A DNA stretch of 64,000 bases from an uncultured Marinilabiliaceae bacterium (GCA_964403175.1 CAYOFH010000002.1:9848-73847); one strand, 5' to 3'; shown: positions 20,719-30,957, counted from the first letter of the stretch. Notes: generated by a model from the letters alone, not told the origin. A program made the numbers and translations.

Positions 20719-22185
20719 CTATTGCTGTTGTTGGTCAAAAAAATCTTTAATTATTTCCCTGTCATCAAAATGTGTCCTGACCCCTTTTACCTCCTGATAG
20801 GTTTCATGTCCTTTCCCTGCTACCAACACTATATCACCGGGGCGGGCAATACTGCACGCTGTGCGGATAGCTTCGCGTCGGTCAAGAATGGAAAGAACCT
20901 TTATTCTGTCTGCAAACTGCACTCCTTCCATCATTTGATCAATAATTGACTGAGGTTCTTCATCACGGGGATTGTCTGACGTAAGAATCACCTTGCCACT
21001 TTGCCTCACGGCCTCAGCTGCCATAACGGGTCTCTTGGTAACATCACGGTTTCCGCCTGCACCTATTACAGTAATTAGCGTTTGTTCGGGCCGACGTATA
21101 TTATTAATTGCCTCCAATACATTCTTTAAAGCATCGGGAGTGTGAGCATAATCCACGACTCCTGTTATTCCGGTGGCAGACCGCACGGTTTCAAATCTTC
21201 CACCAACCGGCTTGAGTCTGCTCATGGCCACCAGCACTTCTTCACGGGGCCATCCAAGTTCCACCCCTGTTCCATAAACTGCCAAAAGGTTAGATGCATT
21301 AAAACGACCGATAAAAGGAGTCCAGAATTCATGTCCATCCAGCATAAGCTGCATCCCTTCAAAAACTCCTTCCATAATTCTTGCGCGATAGGTAGCAACT
21401 TCTCGCAAAGAATAAGTTTTGGCCTTTGCTCCTGTATTCTGGATCATCACTCTGCCATTTTTGTCATCCAGATTGGTAAGGGCAAAAGCAGAATCAGAAA
21501 GATTATCGAAAAACATCTTCTTTACCCGGATATACTCATCAAATGTTTTATGATAATCCAGATGATCATGAGTAATATTGGTAAAAATCCCTCCTTTAAA
21601 ATTCAGTCCGGCAACCCTCCCCTGATGCAAAGCATGAGAACTAACCTCCATAAAGCAATAATCGCAACCAGCCTCCACCATCTCATGCATTAACCGATTG
21701 AGGGTGAGAACATCGGGAGTAGTAAGAGTGGTTTCCAGATTGTTGTCATTGATATAATTGCCCATTGTGGAAATGAGGCCGGCCTTATATCCCAGGAAAC
21801 GTGCAGTATGAAACAGCAAGGTGGCAATTGTGGTTTTTCCATTTGTTCCGGTTACCCCGACAAGTTCTAATTTTTCAGAAGGATGCTCAAAGAAATTCCC
21901 TGCCATGGCAGCCATCGTCTTGTAGGAATTACTGACTTTCAGAAAAACCACATTAGGGTGTTTTCCATGGGGAATCTCTTCACAAATCACAGCAATTGCC
22001 CCTGAAGCAATTGCATCATCAATAAACCCATGACCATCGAATCTTGTTCCTTTAACAGCAAAAAAAGCTGAATGAGGCCCTACAGCCCGTGAGTCAAAAG
22101 TCAGACCTTCAATCAGCGGATCAGCAGTCCCCACCCGATCAATCAACTCCACTCCTTCAATAATTTCTGAAAACCTTTTCTGCAT
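20719..22185 (-). CDS. murE: UDP-MurNAc-tripeptide synthetase (meso-DAP type)
   Basis: [36 protein letters not shown]; ATG at 22185 preferred. Confidence 0.97.
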   Translation of the reverse strand: MQKRFSEIIEGVELIDRVGTADPLIEGLTFDSRAVGPHSAFFAVKGTRFDGHGFIDDAIASGAIAVICEEIPHGKHPNVVFLKVSNSYKTMAAMAGNFFEHPSEKLELVGVTGTNGKTTIATLLFHTARFLGYKAGLISTMGNYINDNNLETTLTTPDVLTLNRLMHEMVEAGCDYCFMEVSSHALHQGRVAGLNFKGGIFTNITHDHLDYHKTFDEYIRVKKMFFDNLSDSAFALTNLDDKNGRVMIQNTGAKAKTYSLREVATYRARIMEGVFEGMQLMLDGHEFWTPFIGRFNASNLLAVYGTGVELGWPREEVLVAMSRLKPVGGRFETVRSATGITGVVDYAHTPDALKNVLEAINNIRRPEQTLITVIGAGGNRDVTKRPVMAAEAVRQSGKVILTSDNPRDEEPQSIIDQMMEGVQFADRIKVLSILDRREAIRTACSIARPGDIVLVAGKGHETYQEVKGVRTHFDDREIIKDFFDQQQQ

Positions 22186-22195
22186 ATACCTTTTC

Positions 22196-24310
22196 TTATT
22201 CAAGATTAATAACGATAGTTTCTCCTTTCTTAATAGGTTTTCCAGGTGAGAGCGACTGCCTCACAACTTTTCCGAAGCCACTAATAGCCACCTTCAGTCC
22301 CCGGTTTTCCAAGACGGCTACAGCATCTTTGGCACCCATTCCTATCACCTGAGGCACAATAGCAGTAGGAATGTTCTTCGGTAAAAGTTCCACTGTATGT
22401 TCTTTGGCTCTGGTAGAAACCCATTCATCGTTCAGATTTTGATTCAGACGGGGAAAACCAATCTCCTCAAAGATAACCGACAATTCACTTACTTTACCTC
22501 CTTTAGACCACGGATAAACCCCTTCAGGCACATCAGCGGCATAAAAATCATCTCCAAGTTTCCGGTAACTCAGGGCATAAACGCGGTCTGCTATTTCCCG
22601 AAAAACCCTCCCGGCAACAACATTACCGTAATAAACATTGTTCGAAGGACTGTTTACTGCCACAATACATGAATACATAGGCCGGTCTGCAGGGAAATAC
22701 CCTACGAAAGATGCAAGATATTCAACACCCCCTCCCCCCCTGTAACCGGAAGAACCCTTCGCCAACTGGGCGGTTCCTGTCTTTCCTGCAATCTTATAGG
22801 TATTATTTCTGATGTTCATTGCCGTTCCTCTTTCCACAACACCTTCGAGAAGATCCTGTACTTTTTCAAGGGTGGCAACCGAACAGATTGATGGATTCAA
22901 AATCACCGGATCAAACCGGCGAATCTCTTCTCCATGCTGGCTTATCCCTTTTACGAACATGGGACGAACCATTTTCCCGTTATTGGCCACGGCATTGTAG
23001 AAAGCCAGGGTTTGCAGAGGTGTCATTTTCACCTCATAACCAATAGACATCCAGGGCAGCGTCACCCCCGACCATGATTTATCTCCCGGATACTTGATTT
23101 CCGGCTTTCCTTCTCCCTTAATCTCAACGCCCAAAGGTTCATTAAGACCTATAGAATAAAGCCGGTTAACAAATTTCCGTGGATTATTTCTGTAATTGTC
23201 GAAAATGATTCGTGAAATGCCAATATTCGAAGATTTCTCAAAAATATCTCGCACGGTAATTTTCCCAAAACCACCATGATGACTATCAGTCATTATTCTG
23301 TCGTAAAAGGCAAAAGCACCGTTACCGGTATCGATAGAGTCGGTAAGTTTAATTACCCCATCCTCCAATGCAGCAATAATTGAAGCAAGTTTAAAAGTAG
23401 AACCCGGTTCCGAAGCTTCTCCTATTGCATAGTTAAAGTGATCCTCAATATAAACACCTGGGCTGCTTCGGTAAAGATTTACCATCGCCTTAACCGCTCC
23501 TGTTTCCACTTCCATAAGAATGGCTACCCCGTGATCTGCATTATGCATCTGCAACTGATTACGCAGAGACTGTTCGGCCACATCCTGTAACCCGATATCC
23601 AGTGTGGTAACCAGATCTTTTCCATCTTTAGGGGGGACATCCTCCTCAGGAATCCAGCTTCCTGCAATACGTTTCCAGGTACTAAGTCCATTAGTGCCTT
23701 TTAACACATTATCATATGCCCTTTCCAGTCCCACCATTCCCCCTTTGGATTTTTCACCGTACAATTTCCCGATAGTTCGAGAAGCCAGTGAACCAAAGGG
23801 ATGGCGACGTTCATCATATTGACGTGGAATGAAACCACCGATATTTCTTCCCTCCCTGAAAATTGGAAATTCCTTTACTTTTTGAAGTTCCAGATAAGAT
23901 ATTTTCCTGGGATGGACCAGGAAATAACGCGCACCCTCAAGACGTGCATTTACCAGTTCTCTTTTGTAAACTGCTGCTGATTTATCTCCAAAAAACCGTG
24001 ACAAACAAAGAGCCAGACTATCAACCTTAGTGTTAAACAACTGGCTGGTTAGTCCATTTGCACGAAGATCCATGTATATTCGATAGCTGGGTACCGACAA
24101 AGAGATTTTTTGTCCGTTTTCATCCAGAATATTTCCACGATTGGCCTCAATAACGATACTGTTGCTCTCAAGCGTACGGGCTTTCTCTTTCCATCCGGAG
24201 GCTTCAAACACTTTCAGGCTAAAAACCTCAAACAAAATCCACAGCGTCAATGCTCCAAACACAATATAGATTGCAGCCAACCTGAATATTATTTTTTGTT
24301 TGATGCTCAT
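22196..24310 (-). CDS. ftsI: Class B penicillin-binding protein FtsI with C-terminal PASTA
   Basis: EPGSTFK (SxxK), SSNIG (SxN), GKTGTAQ (KTG); ATG at 24310 preferred. Confidence 0.95.
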   Translation of the reverse strand: MSIKQKIIFRLAAIYIVFGALTLWILFEVFSLKVFEASGWKEKARTLESNSIVIEANRGNILDENGQKISLSVPSYRIYMDLRANGLTSQLFNTKVDSLALCLSRFFGDKSAAVYKRELVNARLEGARYFLVHPRKISYLELQKVKEFPIFREGRNIGGFIPRQYDERRHPFGSLASRTIGKLYGEKSKGGMVGLERAYDNVLKGTNGLSTWKRIAGSWIPEEDVPPKDGKDLVTTLDIGLQDVAEQSLRNQLQMHNADHGVAILMEVETGAVKAMVNLYRSSPGVYIEDHFNYAIGEASEPGSTFKLASIIAALEDGVIKLTDSIDTGNGAFAFYDRIMTDSHHGGFGKITVRDIFEKSSNIGISRIIFDNYRNNPRKFVNRLYSIGLNEPLGVEIKGEGKPEIKYPGDKSWSGVTLPWMSIGYEVKMTPLQTLAFYNAVANNGKMVRPMFVKGISQHGEEIRRFDPVILNPSICSVATLEKVQDLLEGVVERGTAMNIRNNTYKIAGKTGTAQLAKGSSGYRGGGGVEYLASFVGYFPADRPMYSCIVAVNSPSNNVYYGNVVAGRVFREIADRVYALSYRKLGDDFYAADVPEGVYPWSKGGKVSELSVIFEEIGFPRLNQNLNDEWVSTRAKEHTVELLPKNIPTAIVPQVIGMGAKDAVAVLENRGLKVAISGFGKVVRQSLSPGKPIKKGETIVINLE

Positions 24311-24465
24311 ATCGCCAGACCTGATATTGTTTCCCAATGCTTCCTTGTAATATATCTCAAAAACGTGGAAGTTTTTTATTAATGCTTATATCCCGATACC
24401 TTTCGGATCAATATTTGATACCTTTTCCCGGGCAAAAGAGTTCTTTGTATTATTGACAAACCTAC

Positions 24466-24873
24466 TTAATCCAATTTCTCCACTTCCAGCGTCCGGGGAG
24501 GTGTTTTCAGCACTTCCAGTTCGATTCCTGCCCTGTTTACACGCTCCATTACTTCGCTTTGTTTACTCATATTCATCAACTCCGAAGAAGTGGTAATAGC
24601 CTCATATTTAAGCCCTTTCAATTCGTGTAATAAATCTGCCTGCCGATCCAGAAGATGCTCCATCTGATACCTATTTCCTATGTAAAGAACTCCTAAAAAA
24701 ACCAGGAAGGCAAGATACCCCCAGTGCTGACCAACACTCCTGTCGGCCAGAAACCGACCATATAGATAATCTTTAAAGGAAATCCCTTTAAGCTCTTTAA
24801 ACTCTTCCTTCCCTGACACAAATTCACTCGTGCCATTCGGTGTTCTTTTTTTTCCGAACTTAAGAAACTTCAT
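24466..24873 (-). CDS. ftsL: FtsL-like cell division protein
   Basis: Single TM then coiled coil; between rsmH and ftsI. Confidence 0.8.
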   Translation of the reverse strand: MKFLKFGKKRTPNGTSEFVSGKEEFKELKGISFKDYLYGRFLADRSVGQHWGYLAFLVFLGVLYIGNRYQMEHLLDRQADLLHELKGLKYEAITTSSELMNMSKQSEVMERVNRAGIELEVLKTPPRTLEVEKLD

Positions 24874-25778
24874 AATTTCTCGGCTATTCTTAGTTTGGCA
24901 CTTCGCGCCCGTGGATTCTCACCAACTTCGGCGTCATCTGCCTGTACTGCTTTTCTGGTAATGGCTTTAAACGGCACTTTCCTGTTTCCATAAAAATCAG
25001 TTTCAGCCTGAGTTTTAGCAAAATTACCGGAACGTATAAAATTTTTAACCATCCTGTCTTCGAGAGAATGATAGGCAATAACCACCAGACGACCTCCTGG
25101 TTTAATCACTCCTGGCATTTGCATAAGAGTTTCTTCCAGCACTTCCATCTCTTTATTAACTTCAATTCTCAGGGCTTGAAAAACCTGGGCAAGAAATTTA
25201 TTCACATCCTTTTTTGGTGCCAATTCATGAGCCAACTCCCGCAATTGAGAGGTTGTTTCAAAAGGAAGCTGATTTCGTGCATTTAAAATGGCCTTAACAA
25301 GCTTTCCACACGAAGGCACCTCCCCATACATTTTAAAAACGGAAAACAATCTATTCTCCGGATATTCATTCAAAATCTTAGCAGCAGTCAGATCAATTCC
25401 CGGCCCCATTCTCATATCGAGTGCTCCGTCAAATCTGAAAGAGAAGCCTCTTTCTGGAGAATCAAAGTGATGCGACGATACCCCAAGATCACCGAGCACG
25501 CCGTCAACCTTATCAAATCCCAGATAATCGACAAAATGCTGCAAATATCGAAAATTGTGCTTAACCAAAATAAAACGCTCATCATCCGGAGCATTTTCCC
25601 ATGCATCCGCATCCTGATCAAATGCAACCAAACGACCATTCGGCCCTAACATTTTCAATATCTCTCTACTATGCCCTCCTCCACCAAAAGTGAGATCCAC
25701 ATAAACTCCGTCAGGCTTTATATTCAAGCCATGAATAGAAGTTTCCAATAAAACCGGTATGTGGTAGTGGGTTGTCAT
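24870..25778 (-). CDS. rsmH: 16S rRNA m4C1402 methyltransferase
   Basis: HIPVLL, DLTFGGGGHS, DLGVSS, FQALRIEVN, NPRARSAKLR. Confidence 0.98.
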   Translation of the reverse strand: MTTHYHIPVLLETSIHGLNIKPDGVYVDLTFGGGGHSREILKMLGPNGRLVAFDQDADAWENAPDDERFILVKHNFRYLQHFVDYLGFDKVDGVLGDLGVSSHHFDSPERGFSFRFDGALDMRMGPGIDLTAAKILNEYPENRLFSVFKMYGEVPSCGKLVKAILNARNQLPFETTSQLRELAHELAPKKDVNKFLAQVFQALRIEVNKEMEVLEETLMQMPGVIKPGGRLVVIAYHSLEDRMVKNFIRSGNFAKTQAETDFYGNRKVPFKAITRKAVQADDAEVGENPRARSAKLRIAEKL

Positions 25779-25795
25779 TAAAATGCTCTAAGGTG

Positions 25796-25803
25796 CAAAA
25801 TTA
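25796..25803 (-). promoter_or_regulatory. Possible internal -7 promoter TAATTTTG upstream of rsmH
   Basis: CAAAATTA on + strand in the mraZ-rsmH gap. Confidence 0.45.
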
Positions 25804-25806
25804 TCA

Positions 25807-26271
25807 TCATATTTTATCTTCAGACGAAGATTTACCTAAAATTTTTTCTGCCAGATCTCCAAGGTTTTCACCAGACAGAGAACTCTGTTCATATAGTTCT
25901 TTATCCCAAACTTCAATATACTTATCCACGCCTAAAAGTATAACTTCTCTGCCCATTCCAATCTGTTCCAACAATCGTTTAGGAATCAGAAAACGACCAT
26001 TGCCGTCTAAAGAAACTTCGGCGGATCCACGAAAAAAATTTCTTAAAAATCTGGAATGCTCCCTGTTGTAGGAATTAATCCTTTTACGAATATCCTCCAG
26101 CTTTTCTTCCCATACTGCATATGGATATATATGGAGACATGGCTCAAACAAATCTTTGCGAACAACCAGACGCATGTCATCCTCACTCAGCACTTTTTTA
26201 AAGGTTGAGGGAAAGACTATGCGCCCTTTCGCATCTGTCCTGCATTCAAAATCTCCTATAAATGTGAACAT
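25807..26271 (-). CDS. mraZ: Division/cell wall cluster transcriptional repressor
   Basis: DAKGRI and DGNGRF repeats, IEVWD. Confidence 0.96.
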   Translation of the reverse strand: MFTFIGDFECRTDAKGRIVFPSTFKKVLSEDDMRLVVRKDLFEPCLHIYPYAVWEEKLEDIRKRINSYNREHSRFLRNFFRGSAEVSLDGNGRFLIPKRLLEQIGMGREVILLGVDKYIEVWDKELYEQSSLSGENLGDLAEKILGKSSSEDKI

Positions 26272-26314
26272 TACAATTTGGGTAATATTTTCGTAAAACT
26301 ACAATTTTTTTAAA

Positions 26315-26378
26315 CCACAATCAACCACTTCACACCACTTTATTGTATTTTTTGACAAAAAACAATACAATAATCCAC
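26315..26378 (-). promoter_or_regulatory. MraZ-binding repeats (GTGG, 10-bp period)
   Basis: CCAC at 26315, 26325, 26335 and 26375 on + strand, upstream of mraZ. Confidence 0.75.
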
Positions 26379-26988
26379 CAAAAGAGCTTAAATATAGGAT
26401 AATATTTCACTGAAATAACAGTTCCTGAAATGTACAACAACCTCATTTTCATAAAAATGACCTCTAAAACATTGCACTTTCAACCATTTTTTTTAAGGAG
26501 GCTTTTAAAAAATTTAGGATTGTATTGCAACACGATGCTGTTAATTAATTTCTTTCACCATTAAGGCTTTAATTCAACAACAAAGTCAAAAAAATTATTG
26601 TTTTCCTACTTGTGACAAAAACCTGTTGCGAAACAGATGAAACAATCTCATCTGGTTAAGCTGTCCAATATTGTGTAAAAGAAAACAGCTAAAGGTTCGA
26701 AATCAACTTATTTCTTTTTTAGAAGATCAACAATGTGTTTCTAAAATAAAGTCTTTGAAATCCATAATCTGTCAAAGCATAATTAATGAATTGCTTTTAT
26801 TTTTTTGTAATATTGCCAACGATTCAAAATGTGATGGATTCAAAACAATCACCACAACTACCTAACTATGAGCACACAATAAGTAAAATCAAAAGACTGT
26901 TTACATAAGAATAATCATTCCGGCAGTCGGTATATTTTTCTAAATCTGCTTGTTAAAAAATCATCCAGTGAAGACAAACGCCATTGCA

Positions 26989-27819
26989 ATGAAAGAGGAA
27001 AACAAAAAACTCATTGATGTTGAAAAAGTTTTTGCCAGCAAAAACCCCGGACTGTTTAAGGTCATTCCTTCCTTTTTTTTCAGCTATTTTAAACGAATAA
27101 TACATCAGGAAGAGATTAATGAATTTATCTGTCGAAAAGGCCATCTTAATGGGGCAGAATTTGGGCAGGCTATTCTTGACGACCTTTTTGGGGCAAATTT
27201 CGAAGCTTACGGACTGGAAAAAATTCCGGAGGGCGGACGCTATTTATTTGCAAGCAACCATCCTCTTGGCGGGCTTGACGGAATTGCATTCTTAGTGGCA
27301 GTAAGCAGAAAGTTTTCGAATCTAAAATTTCCTGTCAACGATATACTTTTGAACTTAAAACCTCTTGACAATATCTTCGTACCCATCAATAAGCACGGAG
27401 GCCATTCACGAGAAGCAGCCCGTTTAATTGAGGATGCTTACAAATCAGAAGCTCAGGTTCTTATGTTTCCGGCCGGCTTGGTAAGCAGAAAACAAAACGG
27501 GATAATAAAAGATCTGGAATGGAAAAAGAACTTTGTGCGAAAAGCCATTCAACACAAAAGAGATATTGTTCCGGTAAACATATCGGGAAAAAACACCAAT
27601 TTTTTCTACCGTCTGGCCAACCTTCGTAAACGTTTGGGAATTAAAGCAAATATTGAAATGCTGTACCTCCCTGATGAAATGTTTAAACAACATGGAGAAA
27701 ATTTAATTATCAGATTTGGCACTCCCATACCTTGGCAAAAGCTGAAAGAGACCGGTACTCCGGAAAGCTGGGCCGTTAAAATAAAGGAAAAAAGCTACGA
27801 ACTTGCAAAAAACCATTAA
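26989..27819 (+). CDS. glsA: Lysophospholipid-type O-acyltransferase (GlsA/OlsA-like)
   Basis: NHPLGGLDG, FPAGLVSR; paired with a GNAT gene beside the dcw cluster as in Bacteroides glycine-lipid loci. Confidence 0.7.
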   Translation: MKEENKKLIDVEKVFASKNPGLFKVIPSFFFSYFKRIIHQEEINEFICRKGHLNGAEFGQAILDDLFGANFEAYGLEKIPEGGRYLFASNHPLGGLDGIAFLVAVSRKFSNLKFPVNDILLNLKPLDNIFVPINKHGGHSREAARLIEDAYKSEAQVLMFPAGLVSRKQNGIIKDLEWKKNFVRKAIQHKRDIVPVNISGKNTNFFYRLANLRKRLGIKANIEMLYLPDEMFKQHGENLIIRFGTPIPWQKLKETGTPESWAVKIKEKSYELAKNH

Positions 27820-27933
27820 TTTTGTAAATGATCTTTTCCGGAACCAGAAACCGGTTTTTGCAATAAAATCAAAAACTGTGGAATGTTTAACACAACAGGA
27901 TAAATGTTCCGAAAACGAACCAATATTAAGCTA

Positions 27934-28899
27934 ATGAACTCCGAAAAACCAATTATTCCCCCCGTACTCCGAGAAGAACTGGAAACTGAATTAACCCAGG
28001 ATCGATTTGTGAGGTACACTAACAAAGGCGAGAATAAGATTTATGATTTTACGGCTAATGAAGCTCCAGCGCTAATGCGGGAAGTAGGTCGATTACGAGA
28101 AGAATCATTCCGCAGTGCAGGTGGCGGCACCGGCAAAGACTGTGATATTGATGACTATGACATTGGAGATGATCCGTATCATCAGCTCATTGTATGGGAT
28201 CCCAAAGCCAGAGAGATACTGGGAGGATACAGGTATATCATGTGTCAAAATCTTAAACCTGATGCAGAGGGGAAAATCCATCTGGCTACCGCCCGTATGT
28301 TTCACTTTACAGAGCAGTTTATCCGGGAATACCTTCCCAGAACTATAGAACTGGGACGTTCATTTGTGCAACCCAAATATCAATCAAGCAAAATGGGTGC
28401 AAAAAGCCTTTATGCTCTGGATAACTTATGGGATGGACTGGGTTCTCTGATTATCAATTATCCGGACATGGAATACTTTTTCGGAAAAGTTACTATGTAC
28501 GCTCACAGCAACCTGAAAGTCAGAAGCCTTATCAGAGCATTCATGGATAAATATTTCAACGACCCGGACAATCTGGTTTATCCGTATAATCCTGTTACTT
28601 CAACGCTCACTTCCAGTGAAATCAAACAAATATTCTCCGGAGATTCATTCTCTGATGATTATAAAACACTAAGCAAAACTGTCCGTGAACTGGGTGAAAA
28701 CATTCCTCCGCTTATCAATGCCTACATGAACCTGTCTCCATCAATGCGCACCTTTGGAACAGCTGTAAATGAAAGATTTGGAGGTGTGGAAGAAACCGGA
28801 ATCATTATCACCATAAAAGAACTGTACCAGGCAAAAATATCCCGGCACGTACACAGCTACAACCCGAAGAACCCTGATGAAACGAGCATGGAGCTTTGA
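27934..28899 (+). CDS. glsB: GNAT N-acyltransferase (GlsB/OlsB-like)
   Basis: EVGRLREESFR, ILGGYR, IELGRSFV, IPPLINAY; last codons derive from repeat copy 4. Confidence 0.72.
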   Translation: MNSEKPIIPPVLREELETELTQDRFVRYTNKGENKIYDFTANEAPALMREVGRLREESFRSAGGGTGKDCDIDDYDIGDDPYHQLIVWDPKAREILGGYRYIMCQNLKPDAEGKIHLATARMFHFTEQFIREYLPRTIELGRSFVQPKYQSSKMGAKSLYALDNLWDGLGSLIINYPDMEYFFGKVTMYAHSNLKVRSLIRAFMDKYFNDPDNLVYPYNPVTSTLTSSEIKQIFSGDSFSDDYKTLSKTVRELGENIPPLINAYMNLSPSMRTFGTAVNERFGGVEETGIIITIKELYQAKISRHVHSYNPKNPDETSMEL

Positions 28900-29015
28900 T
28901 TTCTCTTTCGGCTTTCTTTGCGAGACAAAGGGGCATAGCCCAGCAGTCGCTTTGTTTACAAAGAAATCTGCAAAAAGTGCATGTATAAAGGAATTGCAAG
29001 TTCCATCAGACCAAT
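28874..29015 (+). repeat. Dispersed hairpin element, copy 4, with internal hairpin insertion
   Basis: CTGATGAAACGAGCATGG...CATGTATAAAGGAATTGCAAGTTCCATCAGACCAAT; interior ~60 nt longer than other copies. Confidence 0.85.
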
Positions 29016-29022
29016 ATTTATA

Positions 29023-29127
29023 CTGATGAAACGAGCATGGCCATGATTACCACAATAGAACATGTATAATGTCCTGGCATGCGAGTTCCATTCAGCCAAT
29101 AACTTAGGTAACAATTATACGAATGAA
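29023..29127 (+). repeat. Dispersed hairpin element, copy 5 (tandem to copy 4)
   Basis: CTGATGAAACGAGCATGG...CATGCGAGTTCCATTCAGCCAATAACTTAGGTAACAATTATACGAATGAA; tail from CCAAT onward identical to copy 3. Confidence 0.95.
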
Positions 29128-29412
29128 TAGCAGATCGGTATTCAGATAATAATTATTTCGTCATTAGCCTGCAGCGATTTCTTTTTGTAACATTATCTGC
29201 AACCTGAATTAGATAAAAACCCGGGGAAAATGATATGCTTCTGATTATATGCGGGTTGACACAACTACTTCATCCGATAGAGACATATAATTTACGTCCC
29301 TGCAAAATATTAACTAACGTATTTTAAAAAGACAGGAAGGCAAAATCTTATTTTTTTTGTACTTTGCTGATACACTGATTAAGCAAAATCAGGCTAATGA
29401 AAACTTGTGTAA

Positions 29413-30957
29413 ATGACAGATCCTACCGAAAAATACATCTTTGATGTTGTAGTCATCGGAAGCGGTCCGGCCGGATTTGCTGCTGCCAACAGGGCAGCTG
29501 ACTTTGATAAAAAGGTCTGCCTGATTGAAAAGAGCCATATCGGAGGTGCCGGCATTATCAATGGAGTACTTACATCTAAAACGATGTATGAACTCTCAAT
29601 GGATTATTCGGTAGCTGCAAGGATTGACAGGGGCTATCGGGCCAGCGGTTTGTCGGTAGACTACGACATGGTGAAAAAAACCGTATTGGAAGCTGCGCGG
29701 GAAAAACAATATCAGATGCGCAGTCAGATTGAGACATTTGCCAACATTTCGAAAAAAGGTACTATCAGCCTTATTACAGGGACAGCCAAATTCAAAAATG
29801 CCAATACAGTTGAAGTTAATGACAATGGGGATCTTCTTACCATAAAAGGAGAATACTTCATAATTGCAACAGGAGCTCATCCAAGAGAACTTCCGGGTGT
29901 AAACATTGATGGCAAAAGGGTCATTACCTCCGATGATATCTTATCACTTTCCCGGTTTCCGGAACGGATGCTCATTATTGGCTCAGGAATCATTGGTTGT
30001 GAATTTGCCACCATTTTCTCTAATTTTAACCAAACCAAGGTACATCTTCTTGACAGATCCAACCGGGTCCTGCCCTATGAGGACGATGATGTAAGCGAGT
30101 TTGTATCTCACAACCTGGAGGCCAACGGAGTAATCGTCCACCATACCGCCCAACTCAGATGCATCCGCAAACATCCTGATCATCTGGAAGTCGTTTTAGA
30201 TTATGATGCCGGTAACAGTAAAGTTATCGAAGTTGACATTGCGCTCGTTGCCATCGGAAGAAAACCAAACACAGAGAATATGGGACTTGATCTACTTGGG
30301 GTAAGCCCCGATAGAAGAGGATTAATTCCTGTAGATGACTATGGCTGCGTCCAAAACACCCTGGGGCATACCAATATTTATGCTGTAGGAGATATTACCG
30401 GTCAGTCTCAGCTTTACAGTGTGGCGGAATATCAGGGGCGACTGGCAGCTGAAGCCATCATAAAAGAAATCTGCTATCATCCCGATTACTCCAATATGTC
30501 GACCCTTATGTTTTTTAAGCCGGAGGTGGCAGCTGTCGGTGCCAATGAAAGAACCCTGCAGGAAAAAAATATTGGATATAAATCTGTTTATTATTCGAAC
30601 TCACTGATAAATCGCGCCATTGCCATGCGAAACACGCACGGGTTTGTAAAAATTCTTGTAAGCAGTGATGACAAACAACGTATTTTAGGCATGAGAGCCG
30701 CAGGCCCGCAGGCATCGTCATTTATTGTTGCAGTTGCCCATCTAATCAATCATGGCAACAGTGTTAGTGAGGTGCTAAGGGTATTTTATCCTCATCCAAG
30801 CATTACCGAAGGAATTCAGGAAAGCATGAGAGCCCTGGCTGGCAAATCCATTTACAAACCGGTAGCTTTCCCAAAGCATATTAAAGTAGGAGAATGGAAC
30901 CCGGGAGATCCAAAAACGCAAACCCCACAAAATGAAAAAATCAAAAAAATCACATAA
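29413..30957 (+). CDS. Pyridine nucleotide-disulfide oxidoreductase family flavoprotein (Lpd/SthA-like) lacking the redox cysteines
   Basis: GSGPAG, IIATGA, GSGIIGCEFA, AVGD, HPSITE; GGAGIINGVLTSK replaces GGxCxxxGCxPSK. Confidence 0.88.
   Translation: MTDPTEKYIFDVVVIGSGPAGFAAANRAADFDKKVCLIEKSHIGGAGIINGVLTSKTMYELSMDYSVAARIDRGYRASGLSVDYDMVKKTVLEAAREKQYQMRSQIETFANISKKGTISLITGTAKFKNANTVEVNDNGDLLTIKGEYFIIATGAHPRELPGVNIDGKRVITSDDILSLSRFPERMLIIGSGIIGCEFATIFSNFNQTKVHLLDRSNRVLPYEDDDVSEFVSHNLEANGVIVHHTAQLRCIRKHPDHLEVVLDYDAGNSKVIEVDIALVAIGRKPNTENMGLDLLGVSPDRRGLIPVDDYGCVQNTLGHTNIYAVGDITGQSQLYSVAEYQGRLAAEAIIKEICYHPDYSNMSTLMFFKPEVAAVGANERTLQEKNIGYKSVYYSNSLINRAIAMRNTHGFVKILVSSDDKQRILGMRAAGPQASSFIVAVAHLINHGNSVSEVLRVFYPHPSITEGIQESMRALAGKSIYKPVAFPKHIKVGEWNPGDPKTQTPQNEKIKKIT

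Noticed and set aside
10677-26271. Absence of murF, murB and ddl from the dcw cluster
   Set aside because: This gene order is normal for Bacteroidota.
26834-26908. 24-aa upstream ORF before the glsA-like gene
   Set aside because: No distinguishing composition or attenuator structure; compatible with chance.
29023-29127. Hammerhead ribozyme reading of the CTGATGA motif in the repeat
   Set aside because: CTGATGA is paired within the terminal stem; no stem II followed by GAAA and no properly placed cleavage triplet could be built.
28874-29127. CRISPR array or integron cassette array
   Set aside because: Only two adjacent units with homologous interiors rather than unique spacers; no cas or intI gene and no RYYYAAC/GTTRRRY ends.
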